Shown: piece by piece, positions 16,408-25,089 of the stretch
How positions within the stretch are numbered: position 1 is the first letter of the stretch
How the letters are laid out: each line of letters opens with the position of its first letter
Virus record (IMG/VR): IMGVR_UViG_3300031229_000003
Span: 3,415 to 67,414 of that record
DNA length: 64,000 nt
Reading direction: 5' to 3' (one strand)
Origin: a virus
Taxonomy: Duplodnaviria > Caudoviricetes
Notes under the pieces: model-generated
The model's input: the letters and a program-made list of their open reading frames with translations, nothing else
Told to the model about the DNA's origin: nothing
Databases searched by the model: none
Made by a program: the position numbers and the translations under genes

Positions 16408-17340
16408 TCACCGCTTCTTCTGGATCCGCGGTGTGCGGGAGGTCCCCGAACGTAGACAGCGCTGGTAGACGTCCGGGTGGTTGAACTTCAACGCCGTCTG
16501 ATCGAGCCGGGTCGACGACTGCTCGAAGTAGGTCAGCCACTTGAGCGGATCGCCGTACTCACCGGCCTCGGCGTCGCCGAGCGCGGCGAGCATCTTCGCC
16601 TTCGCTCGCGTTTCGGCCTTCTCCGTGTCGAGTCGTTTCTTCCTCAGGCGCGCCCACTCGTCGACGAGCTCCTTGTCGCACGGGACGACGCTTCGCGGGA
16701 TCCTGCGGATCCGTTTGAGGACGTCGACGGACGGCGGCTCGCCTTCGGGAGGCACGCCGGCGACGACGTGGCGTTGCCACCACTCGCGGGCCCGGCCGAC
16801 GAGGATCTCGATCAGGGCCTCGTTTCGTTCCACGCGAAACGTCTCGACGTCCGGTCGACCGAACCGTGAGAGCAAGACGGCCGGGCGGACGAGCTCGAGC
16901 TCGCCGCAGAACATCTGGTGGTGGACCTGGACGATGACGCGCTTGGGGACCTGGTCGCTGCCCGGCTCGCCCCACTCCTTCTCGCCAAGCGCGGTCCACT
17001 TCGCCTCCAGCGCCTCGGCCGCCGGTCGCCCGTCACGAAGAACCCGGGCGTCGAGGTGGCAGCGGAACAGAGGATCCGCCGGGCTCGTGAGGTGCAGCAG
17101 GGAAGGATCGTCGAGCTCGACGTCGATCGCCAGGTCCTCGGCCGCCTGCTCGAGGATCGAGCGCTCGAAGCGGTTGCCGAGCGCGATCGAGCGGTTCTCG
17201 TCGAGGTCCTTGAGCTCGTAGGTCTTTTCGGCCCAGACGTCCGCCGCGGAGCGGAACGGGTCCATCCCCAGGATCGCGGCGATGTCGGACGAGCCGATCG
17301 ACGCGCGGCGCCCGGCGCGTTGTGCCTCGGTAATTGGCAT
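16408..17340 (-). CDS. YqaJ/lambda-exonuclease-family nuclease
   Basis: IGSSDIAAILG, GNRFE, CHLDA, LEAKW, QVHHQM. Confidence 0.9.
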   Translation of the reverse strand: MPITEAQRAGRRASIGSSDIAAILGMDPFRSAADVWAEKTYELKDLDENRSIALGNRFERSILEQAAEDLAIDVELDDPSLLHLTSPADPLFRCHLDARVLRDGRPAAEALEAKWTALGEKEWGEPGSDQVPKRVIVQVHHQMFCGELELVRPAVLLSRFGRPDVETFRVERNEALIEILVGRAREWWQRHVVAGVPPEGEPPSVDVLKRIRRIPRSVVPCDKELVDEWARLRKKRLDTEKAETRAKAKMLAALGDAEAGEYGDPLKWLTYFEQSSTRLDQTALKFNHPDVYQRCLRSGTSRTPRIQKKR

Positions 17341-17350
17341 CGCAGGCCCC

Positions 17351-18181
17351 TCAGCTTACATTAGTTTCGGCCGCGCTGCCCGCATGGACCGCGGCGTTGA
17401 ACCGCTCGACCTGCTCTTGGTCGAAGTGCATCACGTAGAGCTTGACGGGAAGGGAGGGGCCGACAAACTCGGGCTCCTGCGAGTCTCCTTCGAGCATGTC
17501 CTCGCGGAGCAGCGCCATGAGCTTCTTGACATGGCGGCCGTAGCCTGGAGGATGGAGGTAGCGCTTGTAGATCTTGCCGGTCTTCTCCACTTCCCAGCCC
17601 GCCTCGACGAGCCCGATCGCGTCGTCGGGATGGACGCCGCCGCAGTAGCTACAGGTCCGCGGTGGCTTGGAGCCTTCGGGCCACCGCTCGCCGGGCCGAC
17701 TCCAGCGATCCGTTTCCCATCTCGCCACGTGCTCGAGTTGGACGGCCATCGTCGCCTCGACCTGTCGAGGACAGCCACCCTCGATTGGTTCGGCCACGGT
17801 GCCGTCGTCGGAGGACCTGACCTCCCCACAGAAGACGGCCGAACCGTAGCGGCGCCGGTGGCGCGCACGCCAGCGTCGGGGGACGGCGAAGTAGCGGACG
17901 CCCGGAAGCGGCTGCTGGGGCCAGGACTTCTCGTCGCCTTGCCAGTTGACGTGTGAGGCCGGCTCGCCGCAGGTCCGACAGTCGATCATGAACGGAGAGG
18001 GGATGTACGTGCCGGCCTCGCGGAGGTCCAGCGGACCCTCGACGCCGACACCGAGGTACATCCTCTCCACGTGGCCGGCACCGCAGCGGTAGAGCATCGA
18101 GCCCCAGACGAGGTCGTGGCGGCCGTCGACGGCTGCCTGGATTGCCTTCATCTGCTCGATCGCTTCTCGCTTCATTTTCAT
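17351..18181 (-). CDS. hypothetical protein with two Cys motifs
   Basis: MKMKRE start (ATGA overlap); CRTC and CSYC; may be two genes. Confidence 0.55.
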   Translation of the reverse strand: MKMKREAIEQMKAIQAAVDGRHDLVWGSMLYRCGAGHVERMYLGVGVEGPLDLREAGTYIPSPFMIDCRTCGEPASHVNWQGDEKSWPQQPLPGVRYFAVPRRWRARHRRRYGSAVFCGEVRSSDDGTVAEPIEGGCPRQVEATMAVQLEHVARWETDRWSRPGERWPEGSKPPRTCSYCGGVHPDDAIGLVEAGWEVEKTGKIYKRYLHPPGYGRHVKKLMALLREDMLEGDSQEPEFVGPSLPVKLYVMHFDQEQVERFNAAVHAGSAAETNVS

Positions 18182-18486
18182 CGCCGCTCGTTCGGGCGCC
18201 GGCGGCCACCATTGCGACCCTGACGCCGGTCCTGGCGATCGTAGATGGCGCTTCGTAGCTCGTCCTTCGGCGGGCTCGCCGTCGAGCCGATCACGCGGAC
18301 ATCCTTCGCGGCCGGTCCGCGCTCGCCGTCGACCCGGTCGAACTCCACCCGATCGCCGTCCTCGAGCTTGCGGTAGCCCCTCTGGTCGATCGCGCTGAAG
18401 TGGACGAAGACGTCCTTCTCGCCACCGTCCGGCGTGATGAACCCGTATCCCTTCTCCGCGTTGAACCACTTCACCGTACCCTGCAT
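18178..18486 (-). CDS. cspA: cold-shock domain protein with Arg-rich tail
   Basis: [33 protein letters not shown]. Confidence 0.95.
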   Translation of the reverse strand: MQGTVKWFNAEKGYGFITPDGGEKDVFVHFSAIDQRGYRKLEDGDRVEFDRVDGERGPAAKDVRVIGSTASPPKDELRSAIYDRQDRRQGRNGGRRRPNERR

Positions 18487-18553
18487 GCTCCTCTCCCTTC
18501 GGATCGTGGGTGCCGAGCGTTTTCGCCCTGCGGGATGTTCGGTCTTGTGACGG

Positions 18554-18829
18554 CTACTTGACCTCGGTCTTGTCCTCGAGCGGCTCGAGTGCCGCGGCGA
18601 CATCGGCTAGGAGCTCGCGGATGGAGCTCACCTTGCGGGGCGAGAGCCGGAGGGTGCGGATGACGCCGTACGCCCGCGAGACATGGATCGTGCGGCCGAC
18701 CTCGAGGCCGCGTCCGTCGTTCTCGGTCTTGAGTGTGTAGTGGCCGGCGTAGCCGGCGATCTGGGCGAGCTCGTCGCGCGTCGCCAAGACGATCATCTCC
18801 TCGTAGCTGCCCTGGCCGATGATCTTCAT
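18554..18829 (-). CDS. hypothetical protein
   Basis: MKIIGQG start; ATGA overlap. Confidence 0.55.
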   Translation of the reverse strand: MKIIGQGSYEEMIVLATRDELAQIAGYAGHYTLKTENDGRGLEVGRTIHVSRAYGVIRTLRLSPRKVSSIRELLADVAAALEPLEDKTEVK

Positions 18830-19086
18830 GTCGAGGACCTCCGCGGCCGCCGGTGCCACCACAGCAGACCGAAGGTGATCGCCGCGGCCAGAAGCCCCCA
18901 CAGCAGCCGGGGCAAGATCCTCTCGTAGAGGTAAGGCGCCACGACGAAGCCGGTCAGAAGGATCGCACCGAGCGACGGCAGCAGCAGCACGAACGTCACG
19001 ACCGCGGTGGCGACGATCGCCATGAGGCCCAGCGTGTCCAGCGCGCCCGTTCGCATCGCGGCGCGTTCCTGCTCAGGTGAGAGCAT
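18826..19086 (-). CDS. small membrane protein
   Basis: Two to three hydrophobic segments. Confidence 0.55.
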   Translation of the reverse strand: MLSPEQERAAMRTGALDTLGLMAIVATAVVTFVLLLPSLGAILLTGFVVAPYLYERILPRLLWGLLAAAITFGLLWWHRRPRRSST

Positions 19087-19117
19087 GCCTTTATCTCCCT
19101 TCGGTTATGCCGACCCC

Positions 19118-20176
19118 CTACACGGACGGCCGGAGGATCGGCGGATACTCCTTCCTAGCCCAGAGCCGCTCGGGTATCCGACCCTGCTGGCCGGGCCGCG
19201 CCCCGGCGTCCTGCTTCACGTAGAGGGCGGTGTCGCTGGCGCCACAGACGTCGGCGACGGCCTCGACCCACGCGATCTCCATCGGTCGGTGCTGGGGTCC
19301 GCTCTCGCCTCCGACGATGATCCAGTCCACGAGCCGCTCCTCGCAGAACAGTCCGCCCTCGCAGTTCGCGTCATGCTCCTCGCGTGTGAGGATGCACTGC
19401 GGCCAGACCCACGGCTCGTAGTCGACCGGGCCAAGAGCCGGCTCGTAGGAGACGAAGCGAGCAGCGGCCGGACACCGCAGCAGCTCGAGGATTCGGCCGT
19501 CGGCCTGCGCCTGGTTCTCCACGGAGGTTCCCTGAATCACGTTCGATAGCGGCCACGGCAGCGTCTCCCCCCAACGCTCGAGCGCTGCGTCGAGCTCTGG
19601 AATCGGTTCCTCGAGTCTGCGAAGGCTCGCCTGGAGCTTACGCAGTGCGTCGAGGATCTTCTGCGGTCGCTCTGGTGCGCTGAGGTAGAGACGGGCCAGG
19701 TCCGGTCGCTTCGTCAGGATCTGGAAGCGGTGCCGGTCGGCGATCGCCATGACGCCGTAGATGATGTCGAGATGGTCGGGGCCGAGAGCTTCGTGGTGAA
19801 GGTCCGACATCGAGTCGACGAAGATCAGGCGCGGCCTTTTCCAGTGGATCGGCTTCTCGTAGACGCTGAGGTCGGTGACCACCCGTCCGTTCCAGCGCGG
19901 AAGCGCCACGTCGTCGTCGTCCGCCGGGCGATCGCCGCCCCGCTGCCAGCGGACGACGATTCGGTAGGCGGATTCTGTGGGGCTCAGGGCGCGGATGCGG
20001 TCCCTCTCGTCGCCCCCGCGCTCGGTGACCGCCCGGAGCTTCGCCTGGGTGGCGTTGGCGATCCGGGCGGAGACAGCCTCCGCGTAGCAATGGCGGCAGC
20101 CCTCGGACTTGCGCGAGCAGCCCTTCGTCGGGTTCCAGGTGGCGTCGGTCCATCCGATCCCGGAGCGGTCAGCCAC
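19118..20176 (-). CDS. DUF5131 (phage Gp37/Gp68) family protein
   Basis: IGWTDATWNPTKGCSRKSEGCRHCYA, IFVDSMSDL, FQILTKRP, GTSVENQ, WIIVGGESGP. Confidence 0.9.
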   Translation of the reverse strand: MADRSGIGWTDATWNPTKGCSRKSEGCRHCYAEAVSARIANATQAKLRAVTERGGDERDRIRALSPTESAYRIVVRWQRGGDRPADDDDVALPRWNGRVVTDLSVYEKPIHWKRPRLIFVDSMSDLHHEALGPDHLDIIYGVMAIADRHRFQILTKRPDLARLYLSAPERPQKILDALRKLQASLRRLEEPIPELDAALERWGETLPWPLSNVIQGTSVENQAQADGRILELLRCPAAARFVSYEPALGPVDYEPWVWPQCILTREEHDANCEGGLFCEERLVDWIIVGGESGPQHRPMEIAWVEAVADVCGASDTALYVKQDAGARPGQQGRIPERLWARKEYPPILRPSV

Positions 20177-20429
20177 CCGCGGCCTCCTTCTCCGCTCGGT
20201 GGAGCACATCTCGCAGCCACCGGATCTGCCCCTCGAGGTCCTCGGCGCGCTTGAACTTGTCGAGCTGGTACTGGAGAACCAACCGCTCGCAGGTGTGCCA
20301 GAGCGGTCCCGGAGGCACCAGCATCGTAGCGGCGTTGAGCAGGTCGGGAACGGGGTCGCCGCCGTAAGAGAACTCCCCGAGCGCAGCGCGGGTCAATCGC
20401 TCGGCTTCGTACCGCTCTCCGTCAACCAT
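20169..20429 (-). CDS. hypothetical protein
   Basis: MVDGERY; overlapping neighbours. Confidence 0.5.
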   Translation of the reverse strand: MVDGERYEAERLTRAALGEFSYGGDPVPDLLNAATMLVPPGPLWHTCERLVLQYQLDKFKRAEDLEGQIRWLRDVLHRAEKEAAGG

Positions 20430-20655
20430 TGTCGTGTCCTCTCTCCGGGAGGTCCTCGGAGGGGCGGACGCCGAGGACGTCGTGCAGTTCGTCGAGAGCC
20501 CGTAGCGCCGTCCCGCGCTTGGTCTCGTCGCGGGAGACATAGAGGCCGCCTGCGCGCACGGCGCGGTGGAGTGTCTCGAGCGCCTTGCGGTGGCGAGCGA
20601 GCGCGGTCTGACTTCGCCCGAGGCTGGTCGGTTCCGACTTTGACCGGCGGGCCAT
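20422..20655 (-). CDS. hypothetical protein
   Basis: MARRSKS start coupled to the upstream stop. Confidence 0.5.
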   Translation of the reverse strand: MARRSKSEPTSLGRSQTALARHRKALETLHRAVRAGGLYVSRDETKRGTALRALDELHDVLGVRPSEDLPERGHDNG

Positions 20656-20981
20656 CAGAGCTTCCGCGGCTCGACGTCTTCCGCGACGACGGAGCGGACG
20701 ATCTCGTCTTTGGCGAGGTCGGACGCCTTCTGCAACATCTCGTCGTCCAGCTCGAGGTACTGCGGATCGCGGTCGTCGAGGCGCGCCAGGACCCTGCGTA
20801 GCCCACTTCGGGCGCGAAGGCTTGCTCGGGACAGAGCTTGTCGGGCGGCCTTGTTTTTCGGCCGGTCGGGAGAGAGGAAGTGGTCGACCTCGCGGAGTAG
20901 CGACTCGAGGATCTCCTGGGTGCCCCCGAGCGCGTAGGCGACCCGCTCCGAGGACAGCATCGCTCGGCGCTCGTCGCTCAT
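20655..20981 (-). CDS. hypothetical protein
   Basis: Helical; coupled at both ends. Confidence 0.55.
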   Translation of the reverse strand: MSDERRAMLSSERVAYALGGTQEILESLLREVDHFLSPDRPKNKAARQALSRASLRARSGLRRVLARLDDRDPQYLELDDEMLQKASDLAKDEIVRSVVAEDVEPRKL

Positions 20982-21235
20982 GGACGAGTCCTCTTGAGCA
21001 AGTCGTCGGTGGGTTCGAGATAGCCGAGATGGTCCCCGTCGCTGGCCGACGCACGCCGGCGACGAGGGACGACCTCCTGGAAGACGGGGACGAAGCCAAC
21101 CATTTCGTAGGTGCGCTCACCGCCCGGGATCTGTCGGATCTGGGCACGGCCCAGACCGGCTTCTTTTCGGTGTTCGACCGAGAGGCCGCCGTCTGCGCTG
21201 AGCAGGACGGCCACGTTGGGGATGAGCGGCCTCAC
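20978..21235 (-). CDS. hypothetical protein
   Basis: GTGA overlap with the ATPase stop. Confidence 0.45.
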   Translation of the reverse strand: MRPLIPNVAVLLSADGGLSVEHRKEAGLGRAQIRQIPGGERTYEMVGFVPVFQEVVPRRRRASASDGDHLGYLEPTDDLLKRTRP

Positions 21236-22932
21236 GCGGCCTCCGACGCCTTCTGCGCCGCCTCGGCGAGCATCCGGTAGGCCTCGACCCACTCCGGCGA
21301 GCCGACGAGAACGTGATGGAGCTCGTCGATCCTGGCCGAGGCGACCTCGGTCAGCCCGAAGATCCTCTCCTCCCGGCAGACGCGGTGGAGCTGCATCATC
21401 TCCTCGATCTCGAGCGTCTCCCAGATCGCGCCGTCGAGCTGGATGATCGAGTGCGGACCGAAGCACCGGGCGCCAAGCCGGAACGCCGCCGAGTTGCGCT
21501 GACCGGTCGAGACGTACTTGCTGTTCCAGTCGAGCGGGACCTTGTCCTGGCCGACGTAGGCCAGAAAGCCGTTGTAGATCGTGATCTCGGGGACCCGCGT
21601 CTCGGCCGTGACGAGCTCGCCGAGAGCCGCCCAGGCGCCCTTCTCGATCCCTCGCAACGCCTCGGCGCGGACCTCGGCGTGCGTGCGCTCCTCGGTCGTT
21701 TCCTTGATCGCCGTCTGGAGCTCGGCGTAGCGTTCGGCGATGCGGGCGACGGTGAGCTTGCGTTCGGCGGCTTGCGCCGCGGCCTCGGCGCGGTCGACCT
21801 CCTCCTCGGACGGGCCGGTCGGCTCCTCGCGGAGCTTCGCCATCGTCTCCGTCCAGCGGGCGAGGGCGCCTTGTCGTTCTTCCAGTCGTCGCTCGGCACG
21901 CCGGAAGTGATGAATCTTCGTCTCTCGATCGGCTTCGGCGACCTCGGCCGCTGTCTCCGCGGTGGCGAGCTCGCGACGCAGCCGCTCGACGGTGCGTGCC
22001 GCGTCGTTCGAGGCGGTGACGGCGGCGAGGTGGGCATCCGTCGCCTCGGTGAGCTCCACCCGGACCGGCTCGAGATCCGGCTCCTCGCCGACGGTCGCCT
22101 GGAGCTCGGCCCGCTCGCGTTTCTTGTCGAGACAGGCTTGGCGCTCGGAGCGGATCCGGCCGAGCGACTCGTCGGCCATGGCCTTGGCCCTGGCAACGTC
22201 GCCGACCGGCTTCGCCGCGGCGAAGGCCTCGAGGACTTTCGTCTTCGATGCCGGCGTGCCGCTTGCCGACAGCGCCCGCGTCGCCTCCTCGAGGCGCTCC
22301 TCGAGGGCTCCCCGGCTCTGGCCGAGCCGTCGCTCGGCTCGTTCGACCGCCTCCTCGCGCTCGCGGGCCTGCGCCTGGACCCAGGAGCGCATGATCTTCA
22401 CGGCGGCGAGCATGTCGCCGACCTCACGCTCCTCGATCGCCGCGGCGAGGAAGGTGAGCGTCTCCTCGTCGCCGGCGGCGACCTTCAGGAGTCGGTCCTC
22501 GGTGACCGGGAGCGGGACGAGCTCGAGAAGCGCCTTCAACTGCTCGCGCTGCTTCGCCGACGGGTCCTTGATCCCCGGATCGATGAGACGCGACACAGGT
22601 GAGGTGTCGGCGAGCGAGAGGTCGGCGAGCATCTCCCCCGAGCGCGACACGGCGCCGGTGCGCGAGATCGTCAGCGTCCGGCCGGCCACGGTCGCCGAGC
22701 CGAGCAGAGCATCGGTGCCGTCGCGGCGGGCGTCGGAGACGCCGACCGTGAGGTGGCGTTGCGAGCCGACCGTCTCCTCGATCGCGGCCCGCGCGCGGGT
22801 CTTCATCGAGGCGTTCGGCCCCCACAGCTCGTTCATGCCGTGGCGCAGGAGCAGCGCGAGTTGGTTGATGCCGTCGAGGTTCAGGATCTCGACGGGGACG
22901 ACGGTCGGGTCAGGTGCTGCGGTTTTCGGCAT
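21232..22932 (-). CDS. SMC/Rad50-like coiled-coil ATPase (degenerate motifs)
   Basis: Start MPKTAA with GGAGG RBS; Walker-A-like GPNASMKT, long coiled coil, signature VSTGQ, Walker-B-like IIQLDG. Confidence 0.7.
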   Translation of the reverse strand: MPKTAAPDPTVVPVEILNLDGINQLALLLRHGMNELWGPNASMKTRARAAIEETVGSQRHLTVGVSDARRDGTDALLGSATVAGRTLTISRTGAVSRSGEMLADLSLADTSPVSRLIDPGIKDPSAKQREQLKALLELVPLPVTEDRLLKVAAGDEETLTFLAAAIEEREVGDMLAAVKIMRSWVQAQAREREEAVERAERRLGQSRGALEERLEEATRALSASGTPASKTKVLEAFAAAKPVGDVARAKAMADESLGRIRSERQACLDKKRERAELQATVGEEPDLEPVRVELTEATDAHLAAVTASNDAARTVERLRRELATAETAAEVAEADRETKIHHFRRAERRLEERQGALARWTETMAKLREEPTGPSEEEVDRAEAAAQAAERKLTVARIAERYAELQTAIKETTEERTHAEVRAEALRGIEKGAWAALGELVTAETRVPEITIYNGFLAYVGQDKVPLDWNSKYVSTGQRNSAAFRLGARCFGPHSIIQLDGAIWETLEIEEMMQLHRVCREERIFGLTEVASARIDELHHVLVGSPEWVEAYRMLAEAAQKASEAA

Positions 22933-23302
22933 GTGCGGATGCCTCCTCGGTTGGTTGGGGCTGTGCGGCCTGGCCGAGAGCGATTCGCTCCCGGAGCTGG
23001 TCGCGGTACATGGCGAGCAGGATGCCGACGATCGCCGAGCGGCGAAGGTGCAGCCGGTCGGCCGCGGCGTCGAGCTCGCCCTTGACGTCGTCGGGCAGCT
23101 CGAGCGCCACGCGGACCTCCTCCTCCTCCGTCCACGGCTCGAACCCTGGGAAGCCCGCGTGGACGCGGCCTTCGATCTCTCCCCCAAAGCTGCGCAGGAT
23201 GAGCAGGATCGCACCGCGGACGCCGCTCAACTGGTGTTCGGCGACGATCGTCTCGAGGACCTCGCGAAGCTGGACTGGCAGGAACGTGAGGTGGTTCTTC
23301 AT
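22910..23302 (-). CDS. putative ribbon-helix-helix regulator
   Basis: VRVALELPDDVKGELDAAADRLHLRRSAIVGILL; the N-terminal half looks like a second copy. Confidence 0.6.
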   Translation of the reverse strand: MKNHLTFLPVQLREVLETIVAEHQLSGVRGAILLILRSFGGEIEGRVHAGFPGFEPWTEEEEVRVALELPDDVKGELDAAADRLHLRRSAIVGILLAMYRDQLRERIALGQAAQPQPTEEASAHAENRST

Positions 23303-23325
23303 CGAGCCTCCAAGGGGCGACGGTG

Positions 23326-23334
23326 TGGTAGGAT
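23326..23334 (+). promoter_or_regulatory. extended -10 promoter (TG-G-TAGGAT)
   Basis: TGnTAnnnT match pointing into an intergenic gap on the strand opposite the operon. Confidence 0.45.
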
Positions 23335-23340
23335 CGCGGC

Positions 23341-23410
23341 GCTCCGATCGTCGTGGTTCTGGGGCACCCGGCCCCGCGGGATGTGCGGTCCCGCGGGGCC
23401 AGTTCTTTTC
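23341..23410 (+). ncRNA. candidate ~70-nt small antisense RNA
   Basis: Extended -10 upstream; ends in a 12-bp hairpin followed by TTCTTTTC; loop complementary to CCGCACAT start boxes. Confidence 0.4.
23370..23410 (+). terminator. intrinsic-terminator-like hairpin
   Basis: GGCCCCGCGGGA-TGTGCGG-TCCCGCGGGGCC perfect 12-bp stem, then AGTTCTTTTC. Confidence 0.6.
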
Positions 23411-23567
23411 AGGTGGCGTGCTCGGTGTGGCAGCTCGGACAGACCGCGATGCTCATCAGGTCGCGGGCCGGGTTCTGGATCATCATCGAGATGAGGATCG
23501 GCGGCATCGCCCGGCAGTGAAAGCAGCCTCCGTGTCGAGGCTTCGGTGTCTCGGGTCGCTCCGTCAT
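23409..23567 (-). CDS. small zinc-ribbon protein (52 aa)
   Basis: Manual translation MTERPETPKPRHGGCFHC...VCPSCHTEHAT; GGGAG RBS; first gene after the leftward promoter. Confidence 0.55.
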   Translation of the reverse strand: MTERPETPKPRHGGCFHCRAMPPILISMMIQNPARDLMSIAVCPSCHTEHAT

Positions 23568-23601
23568 TCGCTGCGCTCCCCCCGTAGAATCTGTTCATCC
23601 C

Positions 23602-23633
23602 GATTGTATTCCATGTCCGTCCAGAGTACAATC
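23602..23633. promoter_or_regulatory. overlapping divergent promoter pair
   Basis: Plus strand TTGTAT(23604-09)-17-TACAAT(23627-32); minus strand TTGTAC(23626-31)-17-TACAAT(23603-08); sits where gene orientation switches. Confidence 0.75.
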
Positions 23634-23715
23634 CCGGTGACATGAGAGGCAGTGCCGCCGAGGTCCACCATGTTGGCGCGGTGCAGGCACTGGCGCCGAG
23701 CCTGGGAGGTAACGC

Positions 23716-24237
23716 ATGTCGGAAGAGAGCAAGGAATCCACCCTCGAGCCGATCACCGAGAAGCCCGTGATCCAGCTCATCAAGAGCCTCATCGAGGCCC
23801 ACCATCCGAGCCTGGAGTCAGCGGCGATCGAGGCCTTCTGGATCAAGGGCAAGGCGCTGACCTTCTGGGGGTCGATCGGGACCGCCGAGGAGGTCCTCTG
23901 GTGGCTGTCGAACGCCGATGTCCTCCTGCGGTTCAACCAGGGGCTCTGGGCCAAGCTGTCGGCGGACGGCCGCAAGGGTCTGGTCGACCACTTCCTCTCC
24001 CAGGTGGCCGCGAAGACGGGTGGCGTGACGTCGATGCAGACGTCGCGTGGCGAGCGGCAGCTCTACGAGGTCTTCCGGCCCTCGCTCGCCGTGCACCCGC
24101 AGGTCGTCGCCCGCAACCCGGGGCTCGTCGACGAGATCTCGGAGCTGCGCGAGCTGCAGGCCGCCATGTCGGACCCCGACCAGTTCCTCCTCGACTTCGC
24201 GAAGCGCCAGGACGGCGAGGCGGCCGAGGCGGCGTGA
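23716..24237 (+). CDS. phage putative-metallopeptidase-like protein (degenerate HExxH)
   Basis: GGAGG RBS; W..LS...RKGLVDHFLSQ in place of DHELxH. Confidence 0.6.
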   Translation: MSEESKESTLEPITEKPVIQLIKSLIEAHHPSLESAAIEAFWIKGKALTFWGSIGTAEEVLWWLSNADVLLRFNQGLWAKLSADGRKGLVDHFLSQVAAKTGGVTSMQTSRGERQLYEVFRPSLAVHPQVVARNPGLVDEISELRELQAAMSDPDQFLLDFAKRQDGEAAEAA

Positions 24238-25088
24238 GCGGGGCCCCGGAACCACGACTCCTGGCCCGCTTCGAGATCCCCGGGGAGGCCGCAGGCAAGA
24301 AGACGAGCGGCCGCGTCACCTACCCGGGGCTCCTCGAGCTCCGTCTCCAGAAGACGGAGAATCAACTCTTCCGGGCTCGGCAGCGCGCGGTCGCCCGCGG
24401 CCGCAGTCCGAAGCGCGTTCCGCGCCTCGTGTCGAGCCCGGCCGACCTCGTCGAGTGGGCGAGCCAGTTGGCGATCGCCCAGCCGGCCCGTGTCGAGCGC
24501 GTCCTGCGGGAGGCCGTCCAGCGCGTCGCGCCACGGATCCAGCCACCGACGTCGCACCGGAGCTGGCACCGCAAGGCGATGAAGCTCCTCGCGGAGCGGG
24601 ACTTCCCGCGGCCGCTCTGCGCCGACTCGCACCTCGTCCGGGTGGAGGTCGTCGTCTACATGGGCCAGGGGCAGCGCGGCGACCTGATCAACTTCGAGGA
24701 GGCGGTCTGGGATCTCCTCGAGGAGGCCGGGCTCCTCGCGAGCGACGCCTGGATCAACTCCCACGGCGACTCGCGGCGCGATTGGACCCGGCCCTGGGCG
24801 CCCGGCGTCGAGATCGCGGTCCACGACCTCGGACCGCGCCAGGCGTGGGCGCCCGCGGTGACCGTGTACGGACTTGCGGCAGCCGGTGGCGGCCTCGGCC
24901 CGATCCGCTTCGAGGTCAAGCAGGACGGTCAGGTCACCCGCGGCACGGCCGCGAAGGACGCCAACCGCGCCGCCCTTCTCCGCGCGGCCAACCTGGCCGT
25001 GCTCCAGAGCTTCGGCGTCTCGCTCGAAGACGGCGCCGAGATCCACTGCGAGGTGCCCGATGAGCAGTCGCTCCCGCTTCCGGGGTGA
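24234..25088 (+). CDS. rusA: RusA-like Holliday junction resolvase with extra C-terminal domain
   Basis: RFEIPGEAAGKK...RGDLINFEEAVWDLLEEAGLLASDAWI; GTGA overlap. Confidence 0.7.
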   Translation: MSGAPEPRLLARFEIPGEAAGKKTSGRVTYPGLLELRLQKTENQLFRARQRAVARGRSPKRVPRLVSSPADLVEWASQLAIAQPARVERVLREAVQRVAPRIQPPTSHRSWHRKAMKLLAERDFPRPLCADSHLVRVEVVVYMGQGQRGDLINFEEAVWDLLEEAGLLASDAWINSHGDSRRDWTRPWAPGVEIAVHDLGPRQAWAPAVTVYGLAAAGGGLGPIRFEVKQDGQVTRGTAAKDANRAALLRAANLAVLQSFGVSLEDGAEIHCEVPDEQSLPLPG

Positions 25089-25089
25089 G

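Noticed and set aside
23299-23805. 168-aa minus-strand ORF spanning the divergent promoter
   Set aside because: Crosses both promoters and the hairpin, low complexity; the 52-aa zinc-ribbon frame with an RBS is the better call
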